From Mobula hypostoma (lineage: Eukaryota), in assembly GCF_963921235.1 (NCBI RefSeq), contig NC_086124.1:11222001-11286000 (forward strand): a stretch of DNA of 64,000 bases, given 5' to 3'. The notes beneath the pieces were generated by a model. It was given only the letters and a program-made list of their open reading frames with translations. It did no database searches and was not told where the DNA came from. The position numbers and the translations under genes were made by a program. Below are positions 27,868 through 41,034 of this stretch, piece after piece (the stretch's first letter is position 1; every line of letters begins with the position of its first letter).

Positions 27868-28232
27868 ATTTCAGGTTGTATACCATATACATTCTCTAAT
27901 ATTAAATGGAACCATTGAACACATGTTAACTCTAATTCAGTTAATGGCATTTATTTCTACTCAGTATGGTTGCCAATTCAAATCCAATCTTGAGCATAAA
28001 ACCTTAGAGCAGTATCAGAGGTAGGTGAAATCATACATTGGAACATTGGAACATGACCCTGCCCTCACAGTTGGACCTAAAAGATCTATGACATTACTTT
28101 GGAGAACAGAAAAGTTATTCTGGGACTTTGGACACCTTCAATCCCTCTGTCACTAAACTAGATCATCTGTTGATTACCATATGGTAGTTTGTGGGACCTT
28201 GGTTAATGAAAATTGCCTGGTGCACGTTCAGA

Positions 28233-28646
28233 TGTATTCTGGAGTTAGGGTATATAACAAATATTAAGTTCAACAGCAGCCATTGATCAAACATGAACAT
28301 GGATTGTAGATTAAATTTAGAATGCAGCCCTGAACATGCTTTCTTGAAGCTGTGGACACCAGTTGATTGGAAACCAGACAATGCTGATTAGCATTCATTT
28401 TAGGTGACTGGAGTGTGGGTGTGAAGAAGGTGGTGTGTGAAAACTATATGTAATTCAAAGGAAGCATTGTAGATACATTGTAACGATAGAATTGACCTGC
28501 TGTTCCCTTTGATCTTCAGCATATAAAAGGTTGTGTAAAATTGGGTCAGTCAGGCCTTTTTCTCCAAGAGTGTCTCATTTTGTTGAATAAAACACTTCTG
28601 TATCCACTAACTTCAGTGTCTCTTCGATGACTTTGTCCACGTTACT
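28233..28646 (+). mobile_element. Candidate solo LTR inserted in an old DeuSINE-like remnant (about 27960-28230 and 28650-28760)
   Basis: Starts TGT and contains TATAAAA and AATAAA. The downstream flank acttctaaaatactttgttggctg...gtgaaaga resembles the DeuSINE/AmnSINE tail. Confidence 0.35.
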
Positions 28647-28844
28647 CCAGCGCAGAATATACAATTCAACAGTGACAACACTTCTAAAATACTTTGTTGG
28701 CTGAAGGGTTCTTTGAGATATTCTGAATGGGATGTGAAAGACTAAATATTTTCTTTCTTATGAATTGGCTCCATATAACCTTATCATTTGTTTTAATTTT
28801 GCTTCTGAAGCAGTACAGCAACAGTGAAAACACCATTAGAGTCA

Positions 28845-29440
28845 TAGTCATAGAAAAGTACAGCACAGAAACAGGCCCTTTGGCCCATCTAGTCCGCACC
28901 AAACCACTTAAGCTGCCCATTCCCATCGACCTGCACCAGGTCCATAGCCCTCCATACCCCTACCATTCATGTACCTATCTAAACTTCTCTTAAATGTTGA
29001 AATTGAGTTTGCATGCACCACTTGCACTGGCAGCTCATTCCACACTCAGAGTGAAAATGTTTTCCCTCATTTTCCCCTTAAACTTTTCACCTTTCACCCT
29101 TAGCCCACGATCTCTAGCACTAGTCCCACCCAACCACAGTGGAAAAAGCCTGCTTGCATTTACCCTATCTATACCCTCATAATTCTGTATACCGCTTTCA
29201 AATCTCCCCTCAATCTTCTATGTTCCAAGGAATAAACTCCTAACCTATTCAATCTTTTCTTATAACTCAGATCCTCCAGACCCGGCAACATCCTTTGTAA
29301 ATTTTCTCTGTACTCTTTCAACCTTATTTACATCTTTCCTGTAGGTAGGTGACCAAAACTGTACACAATACCCCTAATTAGGCCTCACCAGTGTCTTAGA
29401 CAACTTCAACATAACATCCCATTTACTGTACTCAAAAGTT
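28845..29440 (-). mobile_element. CR1 LINE 3' fragment
   Basis: Reverse complement of the 29895-30480-type CR1 end. Confidence 0.8.
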
Positions 29441-29894
29441 TGATTTTTGTAGGTTCATTCTGATTTATTATTGAGATTCATTCTGAACCTCTGGGTGTAA
29501 CTGGAACACTGTGATGCTTATTTTTACTGGTTATGTAGATTTGCAACTTAATTAAAAAACACAGAATGTCCACAAGGCCATTTTAGCAACACACAGATCT
29601 TTTCACCCTATATTTGAAATTTTCTTCCACGGTAAGTTTGAAAATTAGGAAGGGAAATAAGATGGGATGAGCACTGGTAAAATAGGAAATAGTAAGGATT
29701 TAAAAAAAAAGTTTCAGAATATTTCCTGAAGGAGGATGGTGGGTCTATATATGAATGTTTTTATTTCTCCCATGATTTGGCTCCAGATCACTTTACCAAT
29801 TTTTATACTTTGCGAAGGATGTGATACAGCAACAGTGAATAATATCATTTTATACCCGACAACAGAAAGAAAGAAATCCATGTATTGAACACAG

Positions 29895-30480
29895 GAGATG
29901 CAATGTTATTTAAAGTTGTATAAGACTTTGGTGAGGCCTAATTTGGAGTATTGTATGCAGTCTTGGTCACCTACCTACAGGAAAGATGTAAATAAGTTTG
30001 AAAAAGTATAAAGAAAATTTACAAGGATGTTGCTGGGACTGGAGGAGCTGAGTAAGAGGAGAGATTGAACAGGTTAGAACTTTATACCTCGGAACTTGGA
30101 AGTTGGAAGTGAGGGGAGACTTCATAGAGGTATACAAAATTATGAGGGGTATAGATGGGGTGAATGCAAGCAGACTTTTTCTGGAGGTTGGGTGGGACTA
30201 CAACTAGAGGTCATGGGTTAAGGGTGAAAGGTGAAAAGTTTAAAGGAAACATCTTCACTCATAGGGTGGTGAAATGTGGTACGAGCTGCCAGCACGAGTA
30301 GTGCATGCAAGCTCAATTTCAACGTTTAAGAGAAGCTTGGATCGGTACGTGGATGGTAGGAGTATGGAGGGCTACGGATCTGGTGCATGTCAATGGGATC
30401 AGGCAGTTTAAATGGTTTGGCACAGACTAGATTGGCCAAAGGGCCTGTTCCTGTGCTGTACTCTAAGATTCTAAGATTAA
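29895..30480 (+). mobile_element. CR1 LINE 3' fragment
   Basis: LYKTLVRPNLEYCMQ-type sequence and (ttctaaga)n tail. Confidence 0.8.
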
Positions 30481-30589
30481 AGATGGTGCATCAGGGCAGG
30501 AAGGTTGGGGAGAAGTTATCCTGGACACAGTTTCAGGAAGTAATTATATCCCTTAGATTAAGTACTGCTAACACCTACACTGGATCCCC

Positions 30590-31694
30590 TACAATTCACC
30601 TATTGACAGAGCCAGTCTAACAATGATGACATAGCTACAGCACCGTTCTCACTCACCTGGAGAAGAGGGATGCATATGTTAGAATGCTGTTCCTGTACTA
30701 CAGTTCAGCATTCAACACCAGAATTCCCTTCCAGACTTGACAGGAAGCTCAGTGACCTCGGCCTGCAGCTGCATCCTAGATGTCCTAATGGATCACCGAC
30801 AGGTGATAAGGATGGGCTTCCTCAACTCTGCCCCTCAACACGGATGCCCCCCAGGGTTCTATTCTGAGCCCCCTCCCCTTCTCCCTTTATATTCATGACT
30901 ATGCTGTCACACTCAGCTCCAATCTGCTGATCAAATTCGCAGATGACACAACTTTTATCGGCCTTATTTCTAACTGTAATGAAACAGCCTACCGAGGAGA
31001 GGTTGCCATCCTGACACAGTGATGCCAGGATAACAACCTCTCCCTCAATGTCCAAAAAACAAAAGAGTTGATTGTGGATTACAGGAGGAACAGAGACAGG
31101 CTCGGCCCGATCAGCATCAATGGGTTTGCGACTGAGAGGGTGAGTAATTTCAAATTCCTCAGTATGCACATCACTGATGATCTCACCTGGACTGTACACA
31201 CTGGCTTTGTGGCAAAAAAATTTTAGCAGCATCTCTTCTACCTCAGGTGACTGAAGAAATTCAGCATGAGCCCCCAAATCCTCAAGACCATCTAAAGGGG
31301 CACCATGGAGAGCATCCGGACTGGCTGTATCACCTCCTGATATGGGAACTACACCGACCTTGATCACTGGGCACCGCAGAAAGTGGTATGGACAGCCCAG
31401 CACATCCATGGAGGTGAACATACCTCTATTGGGGACATTTACAGCAGCAGATGCAGAAAGAAGGCCTGGAAGATCATCGGGTACACCAATCACCCCAACC
31501 ATAAACTGTTTCAATTGCTTCCGTCTGGCAAACATTACCACAGCATTAAAACCAGGATCAACAAGCTATGGGCCAGCTTCTTTCTACAAGCCATCAGTCT
31601 TATACATTCACATGTCTATACATTGCAACAAAGTCATAACACAACGATTTTTACTCACTTACGTTGTGGGATGGATGTAAGAGTTAAATGAATT
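30590..31694 (+). mobile_element. Rex1/Babar LINE RT region and 3' end
   Basis: YSSAFNT, PQGSILSPL, IKFADDT, LNVQKTKELIVD and FQLLPSGKHY motifs on the plus strand. Confidence 0.85.
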
Positions 31695-31965
31695 TTTTTT
31701 TTGGCGTGTGCCTGCGTGCGTCCATGATGATGTCTTTTTCATGGCTTTTACAAGGCGCGGAGTGAGAGAGAGACTGTGTGGCATGCCACTCCTCACATGG
31801 ACATTTTCACAGTATCTTCCCTTTATTTTACGGGTCAAGTTGCGATCTCGACACTCAACCCGGCACGGATGGAAAGTGTACTCGGGAGCGGACCCGACTA
31901 GTTTCGAACCCGGGAATCTCCGCTCCCAGGTCCGGCGCTGATGTCGTTGCGCCACCAGCCGGCCC
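31695..31965 (-). mobile_element. Young tRNA-derived SINE with poly(A), nested in the Rex1 tail
   Basis: Head ggctggtggcgcaacg...gggttcgaaact, CpG-rich, A-tail. 14-bp TSD gagttaaat(g/a)aatt at 31681-31694 and 31966-31979. Confidence 0.8.
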
Positions 31966-32509
31966 GAGTTAAATAAATTCTAATTCTAAGTTCTAAATCA
32001 TGCAGAATTTGTCAGTCAAAGGGAGAGGGGAAGGAAACTATAAGTGAAGCTAATAGGAATCCAGAAGGCGTCACTAGAGGAAAATCAGTCTTTTTAGTTG
32101 GCCAATAGATTTGGAATTCTAGTCTATGTAATCAAGAGCAGAGAAATACGTGCAATCCAATCACCAAACCATGAAAGATTCATTCAAGACAAGAGAATGT
32201 AAAGGACAGCAATGATATGGGATTGTTGATTGAGAGATAGCTACCATTCTAAGCAGCTATGAGTCCTGAGCCAAGGTTAAGGGCATCTCTGTGGGACTAG
32301 AGAGGAACTTTAAGGGGAAGGGAAAACATCCTGTTGATGTGGTCATGTGGAAACCAACACCAAAGGCAAAAAAAATGAGGAAGTCTACTCAAGTATAAAA
32401 GGCTGGAGCCCTTATTAAAAAGAGATTAACACAATGTGTTCTGCCTTACAATGTGAATCATGCATAAATCAGAGTTGGATGCATGATTCAAAGATTGGTG
32501 TGGGAGATT

Positions 32510-35500
32510 TACTGCCACTAATGCCATTGGCACTTAAGGCAGTAATGAAAGTCCTTCATCTGTCTGTTGGTAGGTTGTGACAACGCATTTCTGCAGTTAG
32601 TTCTGCTAGCTTGCCGGTGTTGTACAGTTTGTACATCCCAAAGAAAAAACACTTGACAGTGTTCAGGGCTTCCTTCATCGTGCCAGTAGCTTTCTCTTGG
32701 TTTTCACTATTGTCAGTCATGCAAGTCCCAGGTAGAGTCTCCAGATTACAGATTATTGTTATGGGGGACTTCAACATGCAGGTAGACTGGAGGAATCAGG
32801 TTGGTACTGGACCCCAAGAAAGGGAGTTTGTGGAGTCCCTCCGAGATGGATTCTTAGAACAGCTTATACTGGAGCCTACCAGAGAGAACGCAATTCTAGA
32901 TTTTGTGTTGTGCTATGAACCGGATTTGATCAGGGACCTCGAGGTAAAGGAGCCATTAGGAGGTAGTGACCATAATATGATAAGTTTTAATCTACAATTT
33001 GAGAGGGAGAAGGGAAACTCGGAAGTGTCAGTATTACAGTTGAACAAAGGGAACTGTGGTGCTATGAGGGAAGGGCTGGCCAAAGTTCGATGGAACAATA
33101 CCCTAGCAGGGATGACAGTGGAACAGCAATGGCAAATGTTTCTGGGAATAATGCGGAAGGTGCAGGATCAGTTCGTTCCAAAGAGGAAGAAAGATTCTAA
33201 GGGGAGTAAGGGGAGGCCGTGGCTGACAACGGAAGTAGTGGACAATATAAAAATGAAAGAGAAGAAGTATAACATAGCAAAGACGAGTGGGAAGCCGGAG
33301 GATTGGCAAACTTTTAAAGAGCAACAGAAGGTAACTAAAAAGGCAATACGCGGAGAAAAAATGAGGTATGAAGGTAAACTAGCCAAGAATATAAAGGAGG
33401 ATAGTAAAAACTTCTTTAGGTATGTGAAAAGGAAAAAAATAGTTAAGACCAAAATTGGGCCCCTGAAGACAGAGGCGGGTGAATTTATTATGGGGAACAA
33501 GGAAATGGCAGATGAGTTGAACAGGTACTTTGGATCTGTCTTCACTAGGGAAAACACAAACAATCTCCCAGATGTAATAGCGGCCAAAGGACCTAGGGTA
33601 ATGGATGAATTGAAGGAAATTTATATTAGGCAGGAAATGGTGTTGGATAGGCTGTTGGGTCTGAAGGCTGATAAGTCCCCGGGACCTGATGGTCTGCATC
33701 CCAGGGTACTTAAGGAGGTGGCTTTAGAAATCGTGGATGCATTGGTAATCATTTTCCAATGTTCTAGATTCAGGATCAGTTTCTGTGGATTGGAGGGTGG
33801 CTAATGTTGTCCCTCTCCTCAAGAAGGGAGGAAGAGAGGAAACAGGGAATTATAGACCGGTTAGCCTGACGTCGGTGGTGGGAAAGATGCTGGAGTCAAT
33901 TATAAAAGATGAAATTATGACACATCTGGATAGTAGTAACAGGATTGGTCCGAGTCAGCATGGATTTACGAAGGGGAAATTGTGCTTGACTAATCTTCTG
34001 GAATTTTTTGAGGATGTAACTATGAAAATGGACAAGAGAGAGCCAGTGGATGTGGTGTACTTGGACTTTCAGAAAGCCTTTGATAAAGTCCCACATAGGA
34101 GATTAGTGGGCAAAATTATGGCACATGGTATTGGGGGCAGAGTACTGACATGGATTGAAAATTGGCTGGCTGACAGAAAACAAAGAGTAGCGATTAACGG
34201 GTCCCTTTCGGAATGGCAGGCGGTGACCAGTGGGGTACTGCAGGGTTCAGTAGTGGGACCGCAGCTGTTTACAATATATATTAACGATTTAGATGAGGGA
34301 ATTAAAAGGAACATTAGCAAATTTGCCGATGACACAAAGCTGGGTGGCAGTGAGAAATGTGAGGAGGATGTTATGAGAATGCAGGGTGACTTGGACAGGC
34401 TGGGTGAGTGGGCAGATGCATGGCAGAAGCAGTTTAATGTGGATAAATGTGACGTTATCCACTTTGGTGGTAAGAACAGGAAGGCAGATTATTATCTAAA
34501 TGGAGTCAAGTTAGGAAAAGGGGAAGCACAACAAGATCTAGGTGTTCTTGTACATCAGTCACTGAAAACAAGCATGCAAGTACAGCAGGCAGTGAAGAAA
34601 GCTAATGGCATGCTGGTCTTCATAACAAGGGGAATTGAGTATAAGAGCAAAGAGGTCCTTCTGCAGCTGTACAGGGCCCTGGTGAGACCACACCTGGAGT
34701 ACTCTGTGCAGTTTTGGTCTCCAAATTTGAGGAAGGACATTCTTCCTATTGAGGGAGTGCAGCGTAGGTTCACAAGATTAATTCCCGGGATGGCGGGACT
34801 GTCATATGTCGAAAGATTGGAGCGACTGGGCTTGTACACGCTGGAATTTAGAAGGCTGAGAGGGGATCTTATTGAAACATATAAGATTATTAAGGGATTG
34901 GACATGCTGCAGGCAGGAAGCATGTTCCCGCTGATGGGTGAGTCCAGAACCAGAGGCCACAGTTTAAGAATTAGGGGTAGGCCATTTAGAACGGAGTTGA
35001 GGAAAAACTTTTTCACCCAGAGAGTGGTGGATATATGGAATCCTTTGCCCCAGAAGGCTGTGGAGGCCAAGTCTCTGGATGCTTTCAAAAAAGAGATGGA
35101 TAGAGCTCTTAAAGATAGTGGAATCAAAAGTTATGGGGATAGGGCAGGAACTGGATACTGATTGTGGATGATCAGCCATGATCACAGTGAATGGCGGTGC
35201 TGGCTCGAAGGGCCGAATGGCCTACTCCTGCACCTATTGTCTATTGTCTACAGTCGCACTCAGAGGTAGAAGGATTCCTCACTGTAGTTTCCGTAACAAT
35301 TTTTTTTGACCTGTCAGAGTTGTTAGCCCTGAGATGAACCCCTGAACCTGTTGGACCAGCGGACCACTCCTAGTCTGGCCTCTACCCTTTGACCTGTTTA
35401 GCATGGGTGACCCTACCAAGAGCCAAAGCACAAGACCCTGACTCCAGCCAGCATAGCTCTCCGGGTCACTGAAGCACGCAAGTTTCCAAACCCTATGGCA

Positions 35501-35518
35501 AGGTTGAGGTCCTCTTGG
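32510..35518 (-). mobile_element. Family B RTE-derived element split by a CR1; retains the RTE ORF N-terminus fused to its C-terminus
   Basis: Minus-strand peptide MTDNSENQEKATGTMKEALN...LYNTGKLAELTAEMRCHNL resembles the RTE APE start, followed directly by the terminal xRTFITAL-type segment. Confidence 0.75.
32752..35253 (+). mobile_element. Young CR1 LINE: ORF2 from the APE GDFN motif to the stop, one frameshift at about 33770
   Basis: ORFs 32611-33804 and 33785-35161 (GDFN, SDHN, RT KFADD). Intact 3' tail (ctattgt)n. tacag duplicated at 32747-32751 and 35249-35253. Confidence 0.95.
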
Positions 35519-36869
35519 ATGTGGTGTAAGAGAAATGGGTCTCAAATCATCTGCCTATTATTAGGACAAGGGAGGGCTTCGTAGATCAATAAAAGGCCAT
35601 GGATAAAGATTCAAAGAATCAAAGTACAGTTATTATCAAAGTATGTATAAGTTATACAACCTTGAGATTTGTCTGCTTACAACTAGCCACAAAGCACGAA
35701 ACTCGAAAGAAGCCAATTTAAAAAAGAAAGACCAACACCCAATGCACAGAGAAAAAAAACACAAATCACACAAACAATAGAAGCAAGCAACAGCATTCCG
35801 AAGCAAACTGAGTCCATAGACACAAGCCCCCGGAGCAGCCAGAGTAGGCCCAAAAGCCTCGGTCTCAGTCATCATATTAGTGGGTGGGTGAAGGGAGGGC
35901 TCTCGTGAGGAGGAATTTAGATTAAAGAGAGTGTACGCAATGATGGGTCATGAAATGGGTATTGAGAACGTAAAACAATCAAGATTTTACCTCCATTTAT
36001 AATCAAGAAGGATGAGAATATGGTTTAAAAAGACAAAACTGAATGCTGTACCTTTGTAACAATATAGATTAGTTAATGACACAGATTTAAACAAATTGCT
36101 TCAATAGCCTGTAGGAAAACATGAACACAAAGTGACTGAAGTTGGGAGTCGGATATTTAACGTAGCTTTGAGAAGGGATGGGATGGGTAGTAAAGGAGGA
36201 GCAGTATCACAAATAATAAATGGCAGGATGGAGGCAGAGGAAGGATTTTACCTCAGAAAATTATGGAGTCGGTTCGGGAGGAGCTGAGAAACAGCAAAGG
36301 GCAGAGCACATTTGATGGGAGTTGTCTATAGGTTGGCAAAGGGCAGCAGTGATCAGAGTATATAACAGGTGGTGGGGTACCAAAGGAGGTGTAAGGCGCT
36401 CCCTCCTCCGCTAGCCTGCAGGTCACCCTTGGGCAATCTGCTTAGCCTCCCCTCCCCTCAGTCAGAATCACATGAAGCCATGGGAGCAGGTGGTGACGGT
36501 CATAGGAGCATATCACGTCCTGGTAATATAACGGTTGATGCCAGTCAGACAATCTATGAAGAGTATTGATATTGGCTGGAGTCACCCGTCTTGTAAAGAC
36601 ACTGTCCAGGAGAAAACAATGCAGAAAAACTTGCCTAGAACAATCAAGGTCAAAGACCATGATCATCTACCTCATATGAGGCGGAACATAATGAATAAAT
36701 GAATGAATACATCAGGAAATGAAAAGGCTAATGTAACAAACATAATACAGTAATGTTGAGAAATTCAATCTGCATATAGATTGGGCAAACGTGATCACCA
36801 GTAATCATGTGGATAATGAACCCATGCAGTGTATATCAGATAGTTCTCTATTGGTATATCGCAGAACCA

Positions 36870-37145
36870 GTGGCACGGTAGCATAGTGATTAGTACAACG
36901 GTTCACCGTACAGGAGACGGGTTCAATTCCCGTCGCAGCCTGTAAGGAGTTTGTACGTTCTCCCCGTGACTGTGTGAGTTTTCTCTGAGAACTCCAGTTT
37001 CCTCTCACAGCCCAAAAACATATCGGTTAGTAGGTTAATTGGTCATTGTGAATTGTCCCGTGATTAGGCTAGGGTTAAATTGGGGTTTGCTGGGCAGCGC
37101 AGCTCGAAGGGCCGTATGCACCTACTGCACGCTGTATCTCAATAA
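36870..37145 (+). mobile_element. V-SINE (HE1-like). Related copies at about 53570-53815, 59040-59315 and 59680-59830 on minus
   Basis: tRNA head (ggcacggtagcatagtg...gggttcaattccc), V-domain gagtttgtacgttctccccgtg, CR1-like tail ctcgaagggccg. Confidence 0.8.
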
Positions 37146-37852
37146 CTAACAAATTAGATTGATAGGTAAACAAACGAACTGTACATTATGTACCACTTCG
37201 TATCAATGGGTGATCATGGTCTTTGACCATGATTATTCTTGATAAAATGTTCTTCTTCTGGGCAGAGTCTTTACAAGATGGGTGACACCAGCCATTATCA
37301 ATACTCTTCAGAGATTGTCTCCCAGGCATCAGTGGTCGCATAACCAGGACTTGTGATATGCACCAGCTGTTCATACCACCTCCTCCCATGGCTTCATGTG
37401 GCCCTGGTCAGGGGGCTAAACAGATGGTACACCTTGCCCAAGGATGACCAGTAGGCTAGCAGAGGGAAGGAGCACCTTACACCTCCTTTGGTAGAGACGT
37501 ATCTCCACCCTGACACCCAAACAAGAATAGAGATTGTTTTAACACTGCACAATGAGAAGTGGTTAATTAGGTTTTGAGTTAATGATCTTTAGAAGAGTGA
37601 TCATAATATTATAGTAATTTACATTAGAAAGTACTGAAAACTAAATGCTGGAAGAACTCAGCCAGTCAAGCAGTATCTATGGAAGAAAATGGACAGTCTC
37701 TATTTCATGCCAAGACATTTCATCTGGACTTGATCCAAAACATCAGCTGTCCATTACCCTTCACAAATGCTACCTCCAGCATTTTGGTGGTTGCTCAAGA
37801 TTCCAGCAGCTGCAGTTTCTTGTGTCTTCATTTTAAATAAAATGATTTAGCA

Positions 37853-38412
37853 CTAAGAGTCGACCTTGGCAAGCAACTAAAGTTCCCGGATTTCATCACA
37901 TCATCATCCCTGAAGCCCGAGATGGTCATCCAGTCAGAAACCTTGAAGCAGGTGGTCAGCATCAAGTTTAATATTGCCGGCATATTCCATGAAATTTGTC
38001 ATGGTAGAACTGGCAGTTCCTCGTGAGACCGCATTGAGGTGGTATTTGAGCGTGAGAAAGCTAAATACCAGGAGCTGGCAGAGCAGTACCAGAGACAGTT
38101 GTGGAGGGCATGACGTGAGGCTATAGAGGTGGGGTGTAGGCGTTTTGCTGGCTGCTCACTGAGCAGAACATACTCTCTCCCTGGCAGAAAAGAGCCATCA
38201 GAACCGTCACAGAGGCTGCTGAGCGAGCCTCCAGATGGCGATGGATCGAGAGGTGTGACCCATGGATCAATGGTGCTGGGACACAAGCCAGAGCCCGATC
38301 AACCCTGGCTGGGTCGCCTGGGTGAGAGTGTGTGATGTTGAAAGACTCCTTGCTCCAAAGACTACATTGCTGATGATATGCCCCAGTGCATCCCAGGATG
38401 TGGCTCAGCATC
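37853..38412 (+). mobile_element. Hero-type non-LTR retrotransposon 3' fragment (restriction-like endonuclease)
   Basis: Translation LRVDLGKQLKFP...LKPEMVIQSETLKQVV / MVELAVP..E / ERxKAKYQEL...IEVGCRxFAG matches the decayed PD..ELTVPWE..KY..EVGCRGF RLE of Hero elements. Confidence 0.7.
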
Positions 38413-41034
38413 AGAACAGGCTGAAAGCAGAGTTCAAGTCTAAAGAAACAATTATAAATGTGTGTGCTGTTTCTTGGCTAAGAGAGACTGGAATATCACT
38501 TTGAAACATAACAGTAAACTAGCCACGGCTAACGTTGAAGGAGTTAATACAAAGTTTACAGTAAATATATGCTTTAAGGTACGAAACAAAAAACTGCTGA
38601 TAGTATTTCACTCAAGGCATGAGAAGTTTGGTAGCTGATGTCCTCGTTGTGTTCTGTTATTTTTTTGTGTGTGGGGAAGGGGGGGTTGCAGGTCGATGTT
38701 CTTGGTGCGTTATGTGCGAGGGAGAAAGAGTTTGGGAGTTGACGTTCTTGTTGTGCTTTGTTATTTTTTTTGTGCTGGGTTCCGGGGGGGTGGGGTTGGT
38801 GGTCAATGTTCTTGTTACGTTTTGTGTGAGGTGAGGGGGGGTTTGGTGCAGGGTTGATGATCATGTTGCCTTCTTTTCTTTGTAGGGTGGGTTTGATGTT
38901 GCTCTTTGAATGACTTCCATGTTTTTTTGTTTCATGGCTATCTGGAGAACACTGCATACATACTTTAATAAATATAACGACAATAATAATAATAATAAAT
39001 TAGCCTTTGAATCTTTGACTGGGAATATTTTAGATTTCAACAATGGAGAACCAAGAAATTGAGGAGGGAAGGGAAATTTGGATGGAAGGCTCATTTAATC
39101 AATTAAGTGGGAAACAATGTAAACCCTTCTGGAAATTTATTAAAAGGGTGGTGGTGGGGCGGGGGGGAGAGAGAGATAATTGCTGACGTTAACACAGGTC
39201 TCTCACAGATTAGAAAAAGGAATATTATTTTATGGAGGAAATGGCAGAAATATTAAACAAATGTTCAAAGTTTAAAGTACATTTATTATCAAAGTATGTA
39301 TCCTTTATACAACCTTGAGATTTGTCTCCTTACAGGCAGCCACAAAACAAGGAAACCCAATAGATCCCATTTCTGTATCTTTACAAAGGAGACAGAGATA
39401 GATAACCTTCTGGAAAAATGTTCAGAGTGAATGAGGGACAATAAATTAGGAACACTACATTTTAAGAAATTAAAATCTTTGATAAGCACTGTAACTAGCA
39501 ATCACCGAGCAGAACCAACAAGAAGTCATTAGTCAAAGTTAGAGTATAAAGGATTCATCATCATTGTGTTCAAATTACAAAGTATTGTAAACTTTATTAT
39601 CAAAGTACATATATTTCACCATATACAACCCTGAGATTCATTTTTCTGCGGGCATACTCAACAAATCTATAGAATAGTAACTGTAACAGGATCAATGAAA
39701 GATCAACCAGAGTGCAGAAGACAACAAACTGTGCAAATGCAAATATAAATAAATAGCAATAAATAACAAAGAACAGGAGATAATGAGATAAAGACTCTTT
39801 AAAGGAAGGTTATTGGTTGTGGGAACATCTCAATGGATGGGCAAGCGAGTATAGTTAACCCCTTTTGTCCAAGAGCCTGATGGTTGTGGGGTAGTTACTA
39901 CATTGAATGATGTGGGCGATCATGGTCTTTGACCATGATTGTACTTGAAAATTTTTCTGCAGAAGTGGTTTGCCATTGCTGCCTTCTGGACAGCGTCTTT
40001 ACAAGACGGGTGACCACCCCCCAGCCATTATCAATACTCTTCAGAGATTGTCTGCCTGGTGTTAATGATTGCATACCCAGGACTTGTGCCATGCACCAGC
40101 TGCTCATTCGAGCATCCACCACCCGCCCCCATTGCTTCATGTAACTCTGACTGGGGGGGAAGGGGGGAGGGAAGGTGCTAAGCAGGTACCCAAGGGTGAC
40201 CTGCGGGCTAGTGGAGGGAAGGAGCACCTTATGCCTCCTTTGGTAGAGATGAATCTCCACCCTGCCACCCAATAGGATTAGGGGTAACATACTGCTCTAC
40301 ATACAGAATTTGTTAATCTATATTAAAAAAAGGAATAAACTAGCAAATAGCATTTGGTGGGAGAGATTAAGCAGACAGGATCCATCCACATTTTCATGAA
40401 TTGGAATAGAACGTCTTACCTTGCTCGACACAATAAATACCGGACGAAGTGAGGAAGATCATAATGCCTAAAGGAATCTGATATTCACAGGATTGAGACA
40501 AGAATTTCTTCACTTATGAGCTTGTGGAGGCTCAGTTGTTGGGGATAAGCAGTCTTCAGATTACATAACTCTTCCATTCCTGAGAACTATCAATGAATGT
40601 GGAACAAGCTACCAGCGCAGGTGGTGGATGCAATTTTGATTTCAATTACAAGAGAGGTTTAAATAGGTACATGGATGGGAGGGGTATGGATGGCTGTGGG
40701 AGCAGGTCGATGAGAGTAAGCAGATTAAAAGGTTCAGCATGGACTGGATGGACCAAAGGGCCTATTTCTCTGCTGTAGTTTTCTACGACTCTCAGCTAAT
40801 TTCTCCACAAGTCAGAAACACCAATTTTCCATTGCTACCTATACTGTAATGATCTCCACACAATGGCTACAATTAATTCATTGCATAATTACCAATAACT
40901 AATTTAACGAAATATAGCACCCAGACATCCAGTTAATGCTTTTTTTTTGAGAAGGAAAGATTTTGCAATAAAGTCAGATGATTTGTAACCCAGGGAGCCT
41001 CATTACATTCAAGATAGAAATGGGCAGATTTTTA

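Noticed and set aside
30822-31541. 239-aa minus-strand ORF (and 34555-35127, 33168-33587)
   Set aside because: These are antisense shadows of LINE RT coding sequence.
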